IMG/VR virus record: IMGVR_UViG_2548876929_000003
Location: 4,825-68,824 of that record
Strand: one strand, 5' to 3'
DNA: 64,000 bases
Origin: a virus
Lineage: Duplodnaviria > Caudoviricetes
Position 1 is the stretch's first letter. Each line of letters begins with the position of its first letter. This document shows, one piece after another, positions 1-8,097 of this stretch. The notes beneath the pieces are model-generated. The model was not told where the DNA came from. It saw nothing but the letters and a program-made list of their open reading frames with translations, and did not search any database. Both the position numbers and the translations under genes were made by a program.

Positions 1-734
1 TTGTAATCAAGTGAATGTTTAAGTAAATTTGCTGTGATGTCTCCGTACTTCTTTCGAGCTATAGGAACAGCTACTAATATAAATGCTTTACGATCAGGAT
101 AATGTATTACAGCATCTGTTGAATTCTTTACCTTCTCTACGCCTCGCACCCAAGTTTTTTCTAGTTCTACCATCGGATTTTCAAACGGAAAAGTATTATT
201 TCCTGCATACACTAACATATTCTTACTATATGCACCTTCCAGTACTTTTTGCGAGACATCAGACTGATCATTTTCTCTTGTTTCCTTAGGTTCTAACTGA
301 GGACTGTATTGAATTTTTCCCAATTTATCTTCTTTTTGTTTTAAAACAAGTTCAAACTCAAGGATCTCTTTGCTGGTATCAATCTGTTCTTGATACTTAT
401 CTACATAAGCGTGTGTTAACGTAATATCTCGGATAGTGTTTTCATTTCTAACGATTTGGATATTACATTTGCGATAGTAATCCTCACTATCAGGTTTATA
501 TTCTGTCTTTGCCCATGTATACAGCATGTTGGATTTATCCGCATTGTCTATAACTGAAGGAAGCGAATGAAGCGGAATTTTGCTTCGGATATGTAGCGAA
601 TGAGTTAAGTTTGGAGACTTAGCTGAAAGGTTTATGGAACTATTATTCTTATAAGTAAAGCCAATGACCTCACCTTTTACAAACTCGATTGGTTCACCAC
701 CGGATTTGCGTTCTATTCTTAATAAAATGCTCAT
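1..734 (-). CDS. Partial ORF (runs off the left edge): Hcp/TssD-like tube-family N-terminal domain plus an unknown C-terminal extension
   Basis: Manual translation from ATG at 734 (RBS GAGGAG) is open to the window edge: MSILLRIERKSGGEPIEF...WAKTEYKPDSEDYYRKCIIQIVRNENTIRDITLTHAYVDKYQEQID...LVLKQKRDK. Missing from the ORF track because it has no stop in the window. Family call is from memory of the motif. Confidence 0.55.
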   Translation of the reverse strand, partial: MSILLRIERKSGGEPIEFVKGEVIGFTYKNNSSINLSAKSPNLTHSLHIRSKIPLHSLPSVIDNADKSNMLYTWAKTEYKPDSEDYYRKCNIQIVRNENTIRDITLTHAYVDKYQEQIDTSKEILEFELVLKQKEDKLGKIQYSPQLEPKETRENDQSDVSQKVLEGAYSKNMLVYAGNNTFPFENPMVELEKTWVRGVEKVKNSTDAVIHYPDRKAFILVAVPIARKKYGDITANLLKHSLDY

Positions 735-946
735 TGTAATAATCTCCTCTGTTAATTCAATCTAGTTTTGCAGGAAATATTTGTGAAAAACTAATTTCCA
801 AATATTAATATATACGAAAAATATTAAATAGTAAACATATTTTCAACATGGTAAAGGACGACAATAGAGTTTCGTAACCTCGGCAAATTATATGAAGAAG
901 CTAAAACGAAATATAAACCAGCTAACACAGACCTGTTAAAAATGAT

Positions 947-984
947 AAAAGCTCTGCCGACCAATTAAGGTTAGCAGAGCTTTT
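947..984. terminator. Bidirectional-type intrinsic terminator, repeat family A copy 1
   Basis: AAAAGCTCTGCCGACC-AATTAA-GGTTAGCAGAGCTTTT hairpin with A and T flanks. Confidence 0.75.
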
Positions 985-988
985 CAAT

Positions 989-2122
989 TTATTTAGAATA
1001 TTCATTTACTTCAAACGTTAGGATACGATCATACAGCATGTAGTCCTTACGGCTGCTGAACGGCCCTTTATTGTTATCATGTTTATTGATTGCATATGAA
1101 GCCGATCCAGAACCAGCCTGCTTGCTTTCATACCAAGAGATGAAATCATTGACCTCTTTCATGCTTAGGTCGAATTCCTTTTCCAAACCAGTTGTCATGG
1201 TGACTACCAGAATAGCACGGTTACCTGAAGGTGATTGAGGATTAGTAGGCTCACCAGTCGATGGTTCATCAGGATTTGTTGTACCAGGTTCGCTTGGATT
1301 AGTCGGTTCTTCTGGAGATGGATTGTCAGGAGTTGTCGGCTCAGTCGTTGAAGGCCCCGTTGGTGTAACTGAAGCTTCATTGGAAATCGATGTCTCAACA
1401 CCATTGAAAATAGCAACTATTTGAAAATAATAAGTTGTTCCATTTATCAAATTAGGAATCACATAGTTACCAGCCGCGTCTTTTTCTACAGAAATTGAAT
1501 CTGTATATTTATTAGGTTGTGTACCGTAATTAATTTTATAATTAGTAGCATCCTTGATTGTATTCCAACTTAATTTAGCAGATGAGTTCTGTGGTTGCCC
1601 CTTAAGATCAATTGCTTCCACCATGCCAATGGTTATCTCGTTAAATGCTAACCATGACGAACCTCCGTTAGCATCAATTTTTATACCATCATAGGTTCCA
1701 AGCTTCACCTTATCGGGTTGTGACGTTGTATATTTAGCAGTTAAAGAATGAGTTATTTGCTCACTTATTGGTGCCCACTTTCCACCTTCTAATCCATAAA
1801 TGGTGTATGAAATCTCTCTCGGTGGCGTAGCAGCAGTGGTAATATGAACGAAATTCATTTCGATTGGGCTAGGAAAAATTAATTCAATATCCCCTTTGAA
1901 TGTACTGGCATTCCAATACGTTCCGATGTCTCCGTCTATTGAATTTCCCGCCACATAGTTGCTATAAATACTGCTGGCTTTTGCAGTAGTTCCTTCTGGA
2001 GGTGAGAATCCAAGCATTCCTTTTACTGTTTTATTTAGTGCAGCTGCATGTGTTACAGACGGTAGTAACATAATGCTTACTAGTAAAAAAGTTAAAATCG
2101 TAGCCATAAATTTCTTCGACAT
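989..2122 (-). CDS. Secreted protein: discoidin (F5/8-type-C)-like domain, FN3 domain, Pro/Thr/Glu linker and conserved C-terminal domain
   Basis: Signal peptide MSKKFMATILTFLL...AHA after RBS AGGGGG (ATG 2122); SIDGDIGTYWNA; AKLSWNTIKDATNYKINYGT (FN3); PT/PS repeats. Confidence 0.75.
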   Translation of the reverse strand: MSKKFMATILTFLLVSIMLLPSVTHAAALNKTVKGMLGFSPPEGTTAKASSIYSNYVAGNSIDGDIGTYWNASTFKGDIELIFPSPIEMNFVHITTAATPPREISYTIYGLEGGKWAPISEQITHSLTAKYTTSQPDKVKLGTYDGIKIDANGGSSWLAFNEITIGMVEAIDLKGQPQNSSAKLSWNTIKDATNYKINYGTQPNKYTDSISVEKDAAGNYVIPNLINGTTYYFQIVAIFNGVETSISNEASVTPTGPSTTEPTTPDNPSPEEPTNPSEPGTTNPDEPSTGEPTNPQSPSGNRAILVVTMTTGLEKEFDLSMKEVNDFISWYESKQAGSGSASYAINKHDNNKGPFSSRKDYMLYDRILTFEVNEYSK

Positions 2123-2296
2123 GATTATTAGCCCCCTATGAATATCTTCTATATCCATAAAGATAGGTTAACACTCTCATATTGTCTAAACATAAACTTG
2201 CTGATCTATAAATATAATCTAAATATTTGCATATTTATTTTTTATTGGGTATGAAAAAGGACTCTATCAGCCAATACCCTGTAGAGTCCCTCACAC

Positions 2297-2725
2297 TTAT
2301 TTCACTATAAATTTTACCTTTGTTCCATCAGCATACTTATCTAGCTGATGACTTACCCATGATCCTGCTCCCCTGTTATCACTAGGGGTTATGTATCGAA
2401 TATCAGCACCTGCGCCACCTTCAGCACACATTGCCATTGGCCACTCGTCACGGTCATATCCTTTTTTAGTCGGATAACCCTTGAGTGACTCCTTCCTGTT
2501 TTCCTCGGCTCCATCTCTGTCAATCGTGCAAACGGAGGAATGTCCGGCTGCTATTGCATCTCTAATGTGCGCCCCGGTTTCAGGGTAACGTGAACTAGGG
2601 AACTCCAACGTATACCCAGCTGCTGCTTGTTGGTTGGTTGCTGCCAGTTCTGCATAGACACCTTGAACGGAAAAAATAGCAGCTAATAAAAATACGATTA
2701 ATCCTCTTGCGATCCCTTTTATCAT
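2297..2725 (-). CDS. NucA/NucB-family deoxyribonuclease, secreted (signal peptide)
   Basis: [34 protein letters not shown] and SDNRGAGSW motifs. Confidence 0.9.
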   Translation of the reverse strand: MIKGIARGLIVFLLAAIFSVQGVYAELAATNQQAAAGYTLEFPSSRYPETGAHIRDAIAAGHSSVCTIDRDGAEENRKESLKGYPTKKGYDRDEWPMAMCAEGGAGADIRYITPSDNRGAGSWVSHQLDKYADGTKVKFIVK

Positions 2726-2959
2726 ATGACACCTCCATAGTATTTAAATCTTCTCTATACTAATTGGAGAGCCATATCGAAGTATCGCATAACTTGTCGC
2801 AAAACAAAAAAAAGACATTTCAGTTATAGTGAACTAGAGAGAGTAAAAATTAAAACCTACCATTAAACTTTATTTTGAATATTTAGACATAATTGTTTAG
2901 ACATTCCTTTTTGTTATTTGTATGCTTACTAAGCAAATAAACAAAAAGGGGATTTATAC

Positions 2960-3826
2960 ATGAAAAGAAAGCTCAATTTAATTTTATGCTTCACTTTACT
3001 TATTACCATTTTCCTCCCATTGTCATCAGTGAGTGCCTACACTGGTGGTTATGCCAACGGAAAAAGTGTTGATGCAATGATTCCTGATATATATTTTATA
3101 GGGAGATCCCATGCAAGCACAACGAGTACAACGCTTATTACAGATAACAATGAAGAAACAAGTTACTTACTTCCTAAAGATAAGATGATTATGATTGATT
3201 TAGGTACAGATAGAACTATTGATTCATATAAGCTTAAAGGCGATTTAAAGCCTATGAGAATAAACTTTTATAATCGAAGTACAGGTTATGAAGATGCATT
3301 TGAAGCCAATGTAGGTGATGGAAATCTCAAAACGCTTCCTAAGGAAAAAATAGTACGTAATGTAAGATTCATCACTTTATACACTATGAGTGGTGAAGAC
3401 ATAAATATAAGCGAACTCGACTTTTTTAACAGTAACGACATAGTACCAGCGCCCGAACCTTCTCCAACACCAGATCCTAAACCGACACCTGAACCAACGC
3501 CGACACCAAATCCAACACCAAGTCCTGAGCCTAATCCTTCTGACCCTACGGAGCCAACTGAACCATACGAACCATCACAACCTACTGGTGACCGTGCTAT
3601 TCTGACAGTAACGATGGACAATGGATTTGATAAAGAATTCGATCTAAGTAAAAAAGAACTCAATGCATTCATCGCTTGGTATGACGCTAAAGATGCTGGC
3701 AGAGGCCCATCATTCTTTGCCATTGATAAGCACAATAATAACAAAGGTCCATTCAGTACCCGTAAGGACTATGTAATATTCAATAAAATCCTTACGTTTG
3801 AAGTAAGCGAGTATTCAACTAAATAA
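2960..3826 (+). CDS. Secreted protein: discoidin-like domain, PEP/PTP linker and the same C-terminal domain as 989..2122
   Basis: Signal peptide; ITDNNEETSY...IDLGTDRTIDSYKL; PT repeats; C-terminus GDRAILTVTMDNGFDKEFDLS...KILTFEVSEY. Confidence 0.75.
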   Translation: MKRKLNLILCFTLLITIFLPLSSVSAYTGGYANGKSVDAMIPDIYFIGRSHASTTSTTLITDNNEETSYLLPKDKMIMIDLGTDRTIDSYKLKGDLKPMRINFYNRSTGYEDAFEANVGDGNLKTLPKEKIVRNVRFITLYTMSGEDINISELDFFNSNDIVPAPEPSPTPDPKPTPEPTPTPNPTPSPEPNPSDPTEPTEPYEPSQPTGDRAILTVTMDNGFDKEFDLSKKELNAFIAWYDAKDAGRGPSFFAIDKHNNNKGPFSTRKDYVIFNKILTFEVSEYSTK

Positions 3827-3848
3827 ACTACAAAGGACTCCATACTGG

Positions 3849-4082
3849 TTACATACCAGCGGAGTCTTTTTTCACATCTACTCTAAATTCAAACTGATTA
3901 CGAAAGAAATAAGTTCCGTTAATTTTAATCGACTCCGGTGTGTATTTTTCGACCGGTCCGCCGTAGTCCACGATATCTATCAAATCCTCATCCAACGACT
4001 GAACAACGTACACTCTTGCTAGACTTAATGCAGCTGCAAATAGTTCTATATCCGACTTTAACACTTTATATGTATAGTTCAT
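3849..4082 (-). CDS. Small hypothetical protein (MNYTYKVLKSD...)
   Basis: ORF track; RBS GAGGTG before ATG 4082; terminator hairpin just downstream (3833-3870). Confidence 0.6.
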   Translation of the reverse strand: MNYTYKVLKSDIELFAAALSLARVYVVQSLDEDLIDIVDYGGPVEKYTPESIKINGTYFFRNQFEFRVDVKKDSAGM

Positions 4083-4137
4083 GCTGATCACCTCAGATAG
4101 TTATTCTGTTGTATGTGTGGTAATTCCTGCACTAAAG

Positions 4138-4170
4138 AAAGCCCTACCAACTATAAGGTTGGCAGAGCTT
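4138..4170 (-). terminator. Intrinsic terminator, repeat family A copy 2, ending the receptor-peptide operon
   Basis: GCCCTACCAAC-TATAAG-GTTGGCAGAGC, similar to 947-984 and 6986-7026. Confidence 0.65.
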
Positions 4171-4175
4171 AAGCT

Positions 4176-4298
4176 TTAAAATCCTCCAATGGTAACGTTA
4201 GGCTGAATACTATGGTGGTGGTTAAAGGCTTGATCCGCCCCAGTAAAAATAAACAAAAAGCTAACCGCGATGGTCAGAAGTACAATTTTTCTCAACAT
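4176..4298 (-). CDS. aloP: Signalling pro-peptide 2 (40 aa, MLRKIVLLTIAVSFLFIFTGADQAFNHHHSIQPNVTIGGF)
   Basis: Manual translation; RBS GAGGAG; basic N-terminus, hydrophobic core, polar C-terminal tail; downstream of an RRNPP receptor. Symbol is family-level. Confidence 0.75.
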   Translation of the reverse strand: MLRKIVLLTIAVSFLFIFTGADQAFNHHHSIQPNVTIGGF

Positions 4299-4323
4299 TG
4301 GTCATCCACTCCTCAAACAGGGT

Positions 4324-4443
4324 TCAGGCCCCACCAATTGGATCATAGTATGGAGTAACCTGATGGCTATTCGACTGAACAGGTACAGTAACAATAAACA
4401 AAAAACTAGCTGCAATGATTAGCAGTACCATTTTTTTTAACAT
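4324..4443 (-). CDS. aloP: Signalling pro-peptide 1 (39 aa, MLKKMVLLIIAASFLFIVTVPVQSNSHQVTPYYDPIGGA)
   Basis: Manual translation; start overlaps the 3' end of the receptor gene; signal-peptide architecture. Symbol is family-level. Confidence 0.75.
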   Translation of the reverse strand: MLKKMVLLIIAASFLFIVTVPVQSNSHQVTPYYDPIGGA

Positions 4444-5821
4444 TGTCTAACCACACCTTCTCAATGAATTTTGAGTATTTTTCCTTTGTTTCGGGAATTG
4501 CATGAGTGCGGAAATGCTCAAACATTCCTACACAGTTTAAATAATAAGTCTCATTATTCAATGTATGAAAATTTTCCAAAGAATACATCAAATATTTAAA
4601 ACCATCTTCGTAAGAACCTTGATGTAAATAATAGTAAGCCAGCTCATAACCCAAACGCGCATACTGCTCTGGTATAACTTGTTTCGTATACATATCCGTT
4701 GATGGCTGTTGCACAAAAGAAGCAATAACCGTTTCAAACCGTTTAATTATATCATTAACGTCTAACTTATATTGGTTAGCTGCAAACATTACGTTCAAAA
4801 GCTTTACAATCATTTCCTTATCGACTTTATCACTTGATGCAATAATATATTGAACATAATCGTTTAGCACGCTTATATCTCCAGATAAAAGCTTATATAC
4901 GTACGTGTTACCTTCTGCCCAGTTTTGGAACAAACCTATCCAGTGTTGGGTGTACTCGTCCTTCTCCAAAACCCAATCTAAACTAGCGTAGGCGTATGTA
5001 TACTGGAGAGCTTGGTGGTAATCGCCTTTAGCTTCGCAAGAACCTGAACACAACAAATCAGCATAAGCAATGTACACAAACAGTGGACGACTTAGTTTCT
5101 TGGAAGACTCATCACACATTCGACTCTGGTGTTGATGTTTCATCGAATATTGGATTTCCGCCTTAGCTCTCATTTTTCGAGCTACTTCCTCAACCTTGTC
5201 CCATTTACGCAATGACCTGTACACGTTAGCTAAATCCTTCAGCGCGTCAAGCTGTTCCATTTCATCCAGACGTTCCACAAAGGGTTCAAGTAGCGTTGCT
5301 GCCTCGAGATTACGGCTTTGATCCTCTCCAACTTGAATTGTGAATATACGATATTGGCAGATTGCCAAACGTTCAGAATGTTGATATCTCTCTGTTTCAG
5401 CCACCCCCTCATAGAGCACCAATGCTGCCGCATTTTTTCCCTGCGCCAACAATCCTTCTGCAATTTCAAATAGCTTGGGTGAATACAGTAGATTGTCCAT
5501 GATGGCTCCCACCACTCGACGGATTGCATCCAACCTGTCTAACTCCGCACAGCGAAACAAAAACGGCTCGATTCGCCTCATATTTGGAGGATGATCGATG
5601 ATGTAGTTTTCTATAAACAGATCGTAAAACTCCCCTTCTGGTAAACCCATAGCCTCAGTGATTAAGTCAAGTTGGTTAACAGACATAGACTTATTCCCTG
5701 ACACAATAGCACTTATTATTCCCCTATTCATGCCTGCAAGTTGTCCAAATTGCGCTAAGCTCAAACCCTTTTGTTCTAAATATCTGTCTAATTCTGCTCT
5801 AATCGTAGGTGTATGCTTCAT
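4406..5821 (-). CDS. aloR: RRNPP-family peptide receptor/regulator (XRE HTH plus TPR-like helices), AloR-like
   Basis: N-terminal HTH (KGLSLAQFGQLAGMNRGIISAIVSG); helical repeat body; followed by pro-peptide ORFs; likely start MKHTPTIRAEL at 5821 after GGAAGGTG. Confidence 0.8.
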   Translation of the reverse strand: MKHTPTIRAELDRYLEQKGLSLAQFGQLAGMNRGIISAIVSGNKSMSVNQLDLITEAMGLPEGEFYDLFIENYIIDHPPNMRRIEPFLFRCAELDRLDAIRRVVGAIMDNLLYSPKLFEIAEGLLAQGKNAAALVLYEGVAETERYQHSERLAICQYRIFTIQVGEDQSRNLEAATLLEPFVERLDEMEQLDALKDLANVYRSLRKWDKVEEVARKMRAKAEIQYSMKHQHQSRMCDESSKKLSRPLFVYIAYADLLCSGSCEAKGDYHQALQYTYAYASLDWVLEKDEYTQHWIGLFQNWAEGNTYVYKLLSGDISVLNDYVQYIIASSDKVDKEMIVKLLNVMFAANQYKLDVNDIIKRFETVIASFVQQPSTDMYTKQVIPEQYARLGYELAYYYLHQGSYEDGFKYLMYSLENFHTLNNETYYLNCVGMFEHFRTHAIPETKEKYSKFIEKVWLDNVKKNGTANHCS

Positions 5822-6093
5822 ATCATATCCACCTTCCACACAGAAATTCCAAAACTTTTTATTATTGCATTCTATTGTTGTCCATAATTTAACAGTTGTC
5901 AATAAGTTTTGAAATTTTTGTCATTCGATATTTGACTAAATTATATTTTTTGAATATTGTCGACTACTGTAAGACAAATAGTTCTATAGTGTCATTTTCC
6001 ATTTAATTATTTAAAACACACAAATTATTCCTTATTTTGTGGTACACTGGATTGGTAGTTCAAAATAATACTATTTCGAGAGGACGGTTTTGG

Positions 6094-6702
6094 ATGAAGT
6101 TAAAGAACACAGCAATCATTCTTTCAGGTGTATTGGCTCTTACAGCAGTTGCTCCAATTGCAGCATCTGCTGAATCATCCACAGAACAAATCACACAAAA
6201 TTCAAGTTCAAGTGTAACTCAAAAGAGTGCAGTTGAGGCAGTAAAACCCTATGTACAAGTTAAGGATGGGGTATTATCCCTAAAAGACGTTCCTGAAAGT
6301 ATTTATAACCAGTATAATTTATCGGATTTGCAAAAGCATTTTGATGAATTAAATGAGTTATCAAAATCAGGTAAAATTACTGTTAATAGCGATTTAAGCA
6401 TAAAGGACAATACCATCTCGCTTAATGCAGAATACGGATCCTGGACCTACCATTGGTGGGGATATGATCGGAAATTCACTGACTCTCAAACTAAACAAGC
6501 GATAGATTACTATAATAGTGTGGCAGGTGGCGGCGCACTCGTTTCAGGGGCAACTGCTTGGTATCCTCCTGTTTCAGGTATTTCAGGATCAGTCGCAGGA
6601 TACTTTGCATTGTTTGCAGCACGTATGAGCGCTAATAACAATGGTAACGGAGTTTATGTTTCTGTTTCATGGGCGGCAGTGTTTGATGTTGAACCTTTGT
6701 AA
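6094..6702 (+). CDS. Secreted protein with Gly/Ala-rich C-terminal domain, putative large bacteriocin-like protein
   Basis: Signal peptide MKLKNTAIILSGVLALTAVAPIAASA; C-terminal HWWGYDRKF...VAGGGALVSGATAWYPPVSGISGSVAGYFALFAA. Confidence 0.5.
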   Translation: MKLKNTAIILSGVLALTAVAPIAASAESSTEQITQNSSSSVTQKSAVEAVKPYVQVKDGVLSLKDVPESIYNQYNLSDLQKHFDELNELSKSGKITVNSDLSIKDNTISLNAEYGSWTYHWWGYDRKFTDSQTKQAIDYYNSVAGGGALVSGATAWYPPVSGISGSVAGYFALFAARMSANNNGNGVYVSVSWAAVFDVEPL

Positions 6703-6724
6703 TACGACACAGTAAGGAGACTCT

Positions 6725-6889
6725 ATGACCAGTATTTTAGCTGTTTTAGTGATTATTTGGGGAATAAGTTATATGGCTGTCTACTACATTAAGAAGAAAA
6801 AAAATACACACGGACAACCTGGTTATAAAATATTCTTTATGGTTATTCTTGTTATTTTAGCAATCGCTTTGGTTAGTTCATATTTATAA
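6725..6889 (+). CDS. 54-aa two-TM membrane protein, putative immunity protein
   Basis: Manual translation MTSILAVLVIIWGISYMAVYYIKKKKNTHGQPGYKIFFMVILVILAIALVSSYL; RBS AAGGAG; terminator at about 6912-6938. Confidence 0.6.
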   Translation: MTSILAVLVIIWGISYMAVYYIKKKKNTHGQPGYKIFFMVILVILAIALVSSYL

Positions 6890-6985
6890 TCAAACAATTT
6901 TATGATTTTTATAGCCTTCCTTTAATGGAGGGCTTTTATATTACATACCAAATCTTTTGGTGTAAATCCCATATTAGTAATGACA

Positions 6986-7026
6986 AAAAGACTCCCCGCC
7001 GACCGATTAAGGTTAGCGGAGAGTTT
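6986..7026. terminator. Intrinsic terminator, repeat family A copy 3
   Basis: ACTCCCCGCCGACC-GATTAA-GGTTAGCGGAGAGT. Confidence 0.7.
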
Positions 7027-7476
7027 CTATTTCACGATAAATTCAACTTTTGTCCCATCTGCGTAGTCATCCAGCTTGTGACCTACCCACGATCCAGCTC
7101 CACGATTATCCTTTGGACTTATGTACTTAATGTCTGCACCGTCTCCACCTTCGGAGCACATCGCCATAGGCCACTCGTCACGGTCTTTGCCTTTTTTAGT
7201 GGGTACACCTTTCAGAGATAGTTCACGGTTATGGTCTGCCCCTTCACGGTCAATGGTGCATACTGATGACTTTCCGGCTGCAATGGCCTCCTTGATGTGT
7301 TGTGCTGTTTCGGTGTAACGGTCTGACGGGAATTCCAGCTTGACCGTATCGGCAGATACCTGTGTTACAGCTACGGGTACCGATTCGTGTTTTGTTGTCT
7401 TCGTCTTAGCTGTCTCTTGTACACTGCATCCAGCTAATAGGATTGTTATTAACACGGTAAAAATCCATTTAAACAT
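7027..7476 (-). CDS. NucA/NucB-family deoxyribonuclease, lipoprotein
   Basis: Lipobox LLAGC; [15 protein letters not shown] and KDNRGAGSW motifs; paralog of 2297..2725. Confidence 0.9.
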   Translation of the reverse strand: MFKWIFTVLITILLAGCSVQETAKTKTTKHESVPVAVTQVSADTVKLEFPSDRYTETAQHIKEAIAAGKSSVCTIDREGADHNRELSLKGVPTKKGKDRDEWPMAMCSEGGDGADIKYISPKDNRGAGSWVGHKLDDYADGTKVEFIVK

Positions 7477-7500
7477 ATGTATTCCCCCCCTATAAAACAG

Positions 7501-8049
7501 AAAAACACCCCACCGGCTTGAGCCAGCGGAGTGCTACCGATGCTTTCGGATTTATATAGAAAGTATATACCGCTTGGTTGATTCTGTAAATATCCTGATG
7601 ACCTTACGCTACTACGCGTTCTACCCAGTCCCAAGTACCTTGGCTTGTTACTTTGATTTTATCCCCTACGACAAAAAGGCCGTATTTATCGTCCCTAACT
7701 ATAATTTCTTTGCGCTCATTATTTTCGAACTCGCAGGTTATATAGAATGTTTTTGAAGACGATCCTTCGGTCCAATTAACTCGTTTATCAACCACTTCAC
7801 CTATCCGTTCTATTTTCGGTTGTTTACGATTTTTTCTGGCTGTAATATCTGCACCTATGACCACTGAAAGAATAAGTCCCACTACCAAAGCTGAAAGAAT
7901 CCAAAAGACCATCTATAATCCTCCTAAATATTCATTCGTTGGTAATTATGATATCGGCTTTTCAACTGTTTATTTTGATAGCCAATGAAAATCAATAAAA
8001 AAATACCCCACCAGCTATGCCAGCAGGGTATCACCGATGCTTTCGGATT
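7501..8049. repeat. ~50-bp imperfect direct repeats (7501-7552 and 7998-8049) flanking one gene
   Basis: Both copies have a CCCCACC.GCT..GCCAGC.G.GT hairpin plus the identical 17-mer ACCGATGCTTTCGGATT. Confidence 0.8.
7604..7912 (-). CDS. DUF2500-like membrane protein
   Basis: N-terminal TM helix; FYITCEFENNERKEIIV..DKYGLFVVGDKIKVTSQGT pattern. Confidence 0.65.
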   Translation of the reverse strand: MVFWILSALVVGLILSVVIGADITARKNRKQPKIERIGEVVDKRVNWTEGSSSKTFYITCEFENNERKEIIVRDDKYGLFVVGDKIKVTSQGTWDWVERVVA

Positions 8050-8097
8050 GCACAACGGTGCTTCCGTATGTGTTGTTAACAGTATTGACAAAATTAT

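Noticed and set aside
1230-3590. CRISPR array or tandem DNA repeats
   Set aside because: The repeats at about 1230-1360 and 3445-3590 are codon-level Pro/Thr/Glu linkers inside ORFs; no repeat-spacer array or cas genes are in the window
3286-3744. 152-aa antisense ORF (and similar overlapping ORFs such as 16670..16954, 26143..26505, 42155..42481, 55332..55670)
   Set aside because: Shadow frames of well-supported genes on the opposite strand, with no RBS or recognisable motif
4406-5821. Arbitrium aimR-aimP-aimX
   Set aside because: The cassette is ~56 kb from the lysogeny switch, has no visible aimX, and its architecture fits the Paenibacillus Alo type; a link to phage decisions is unproven
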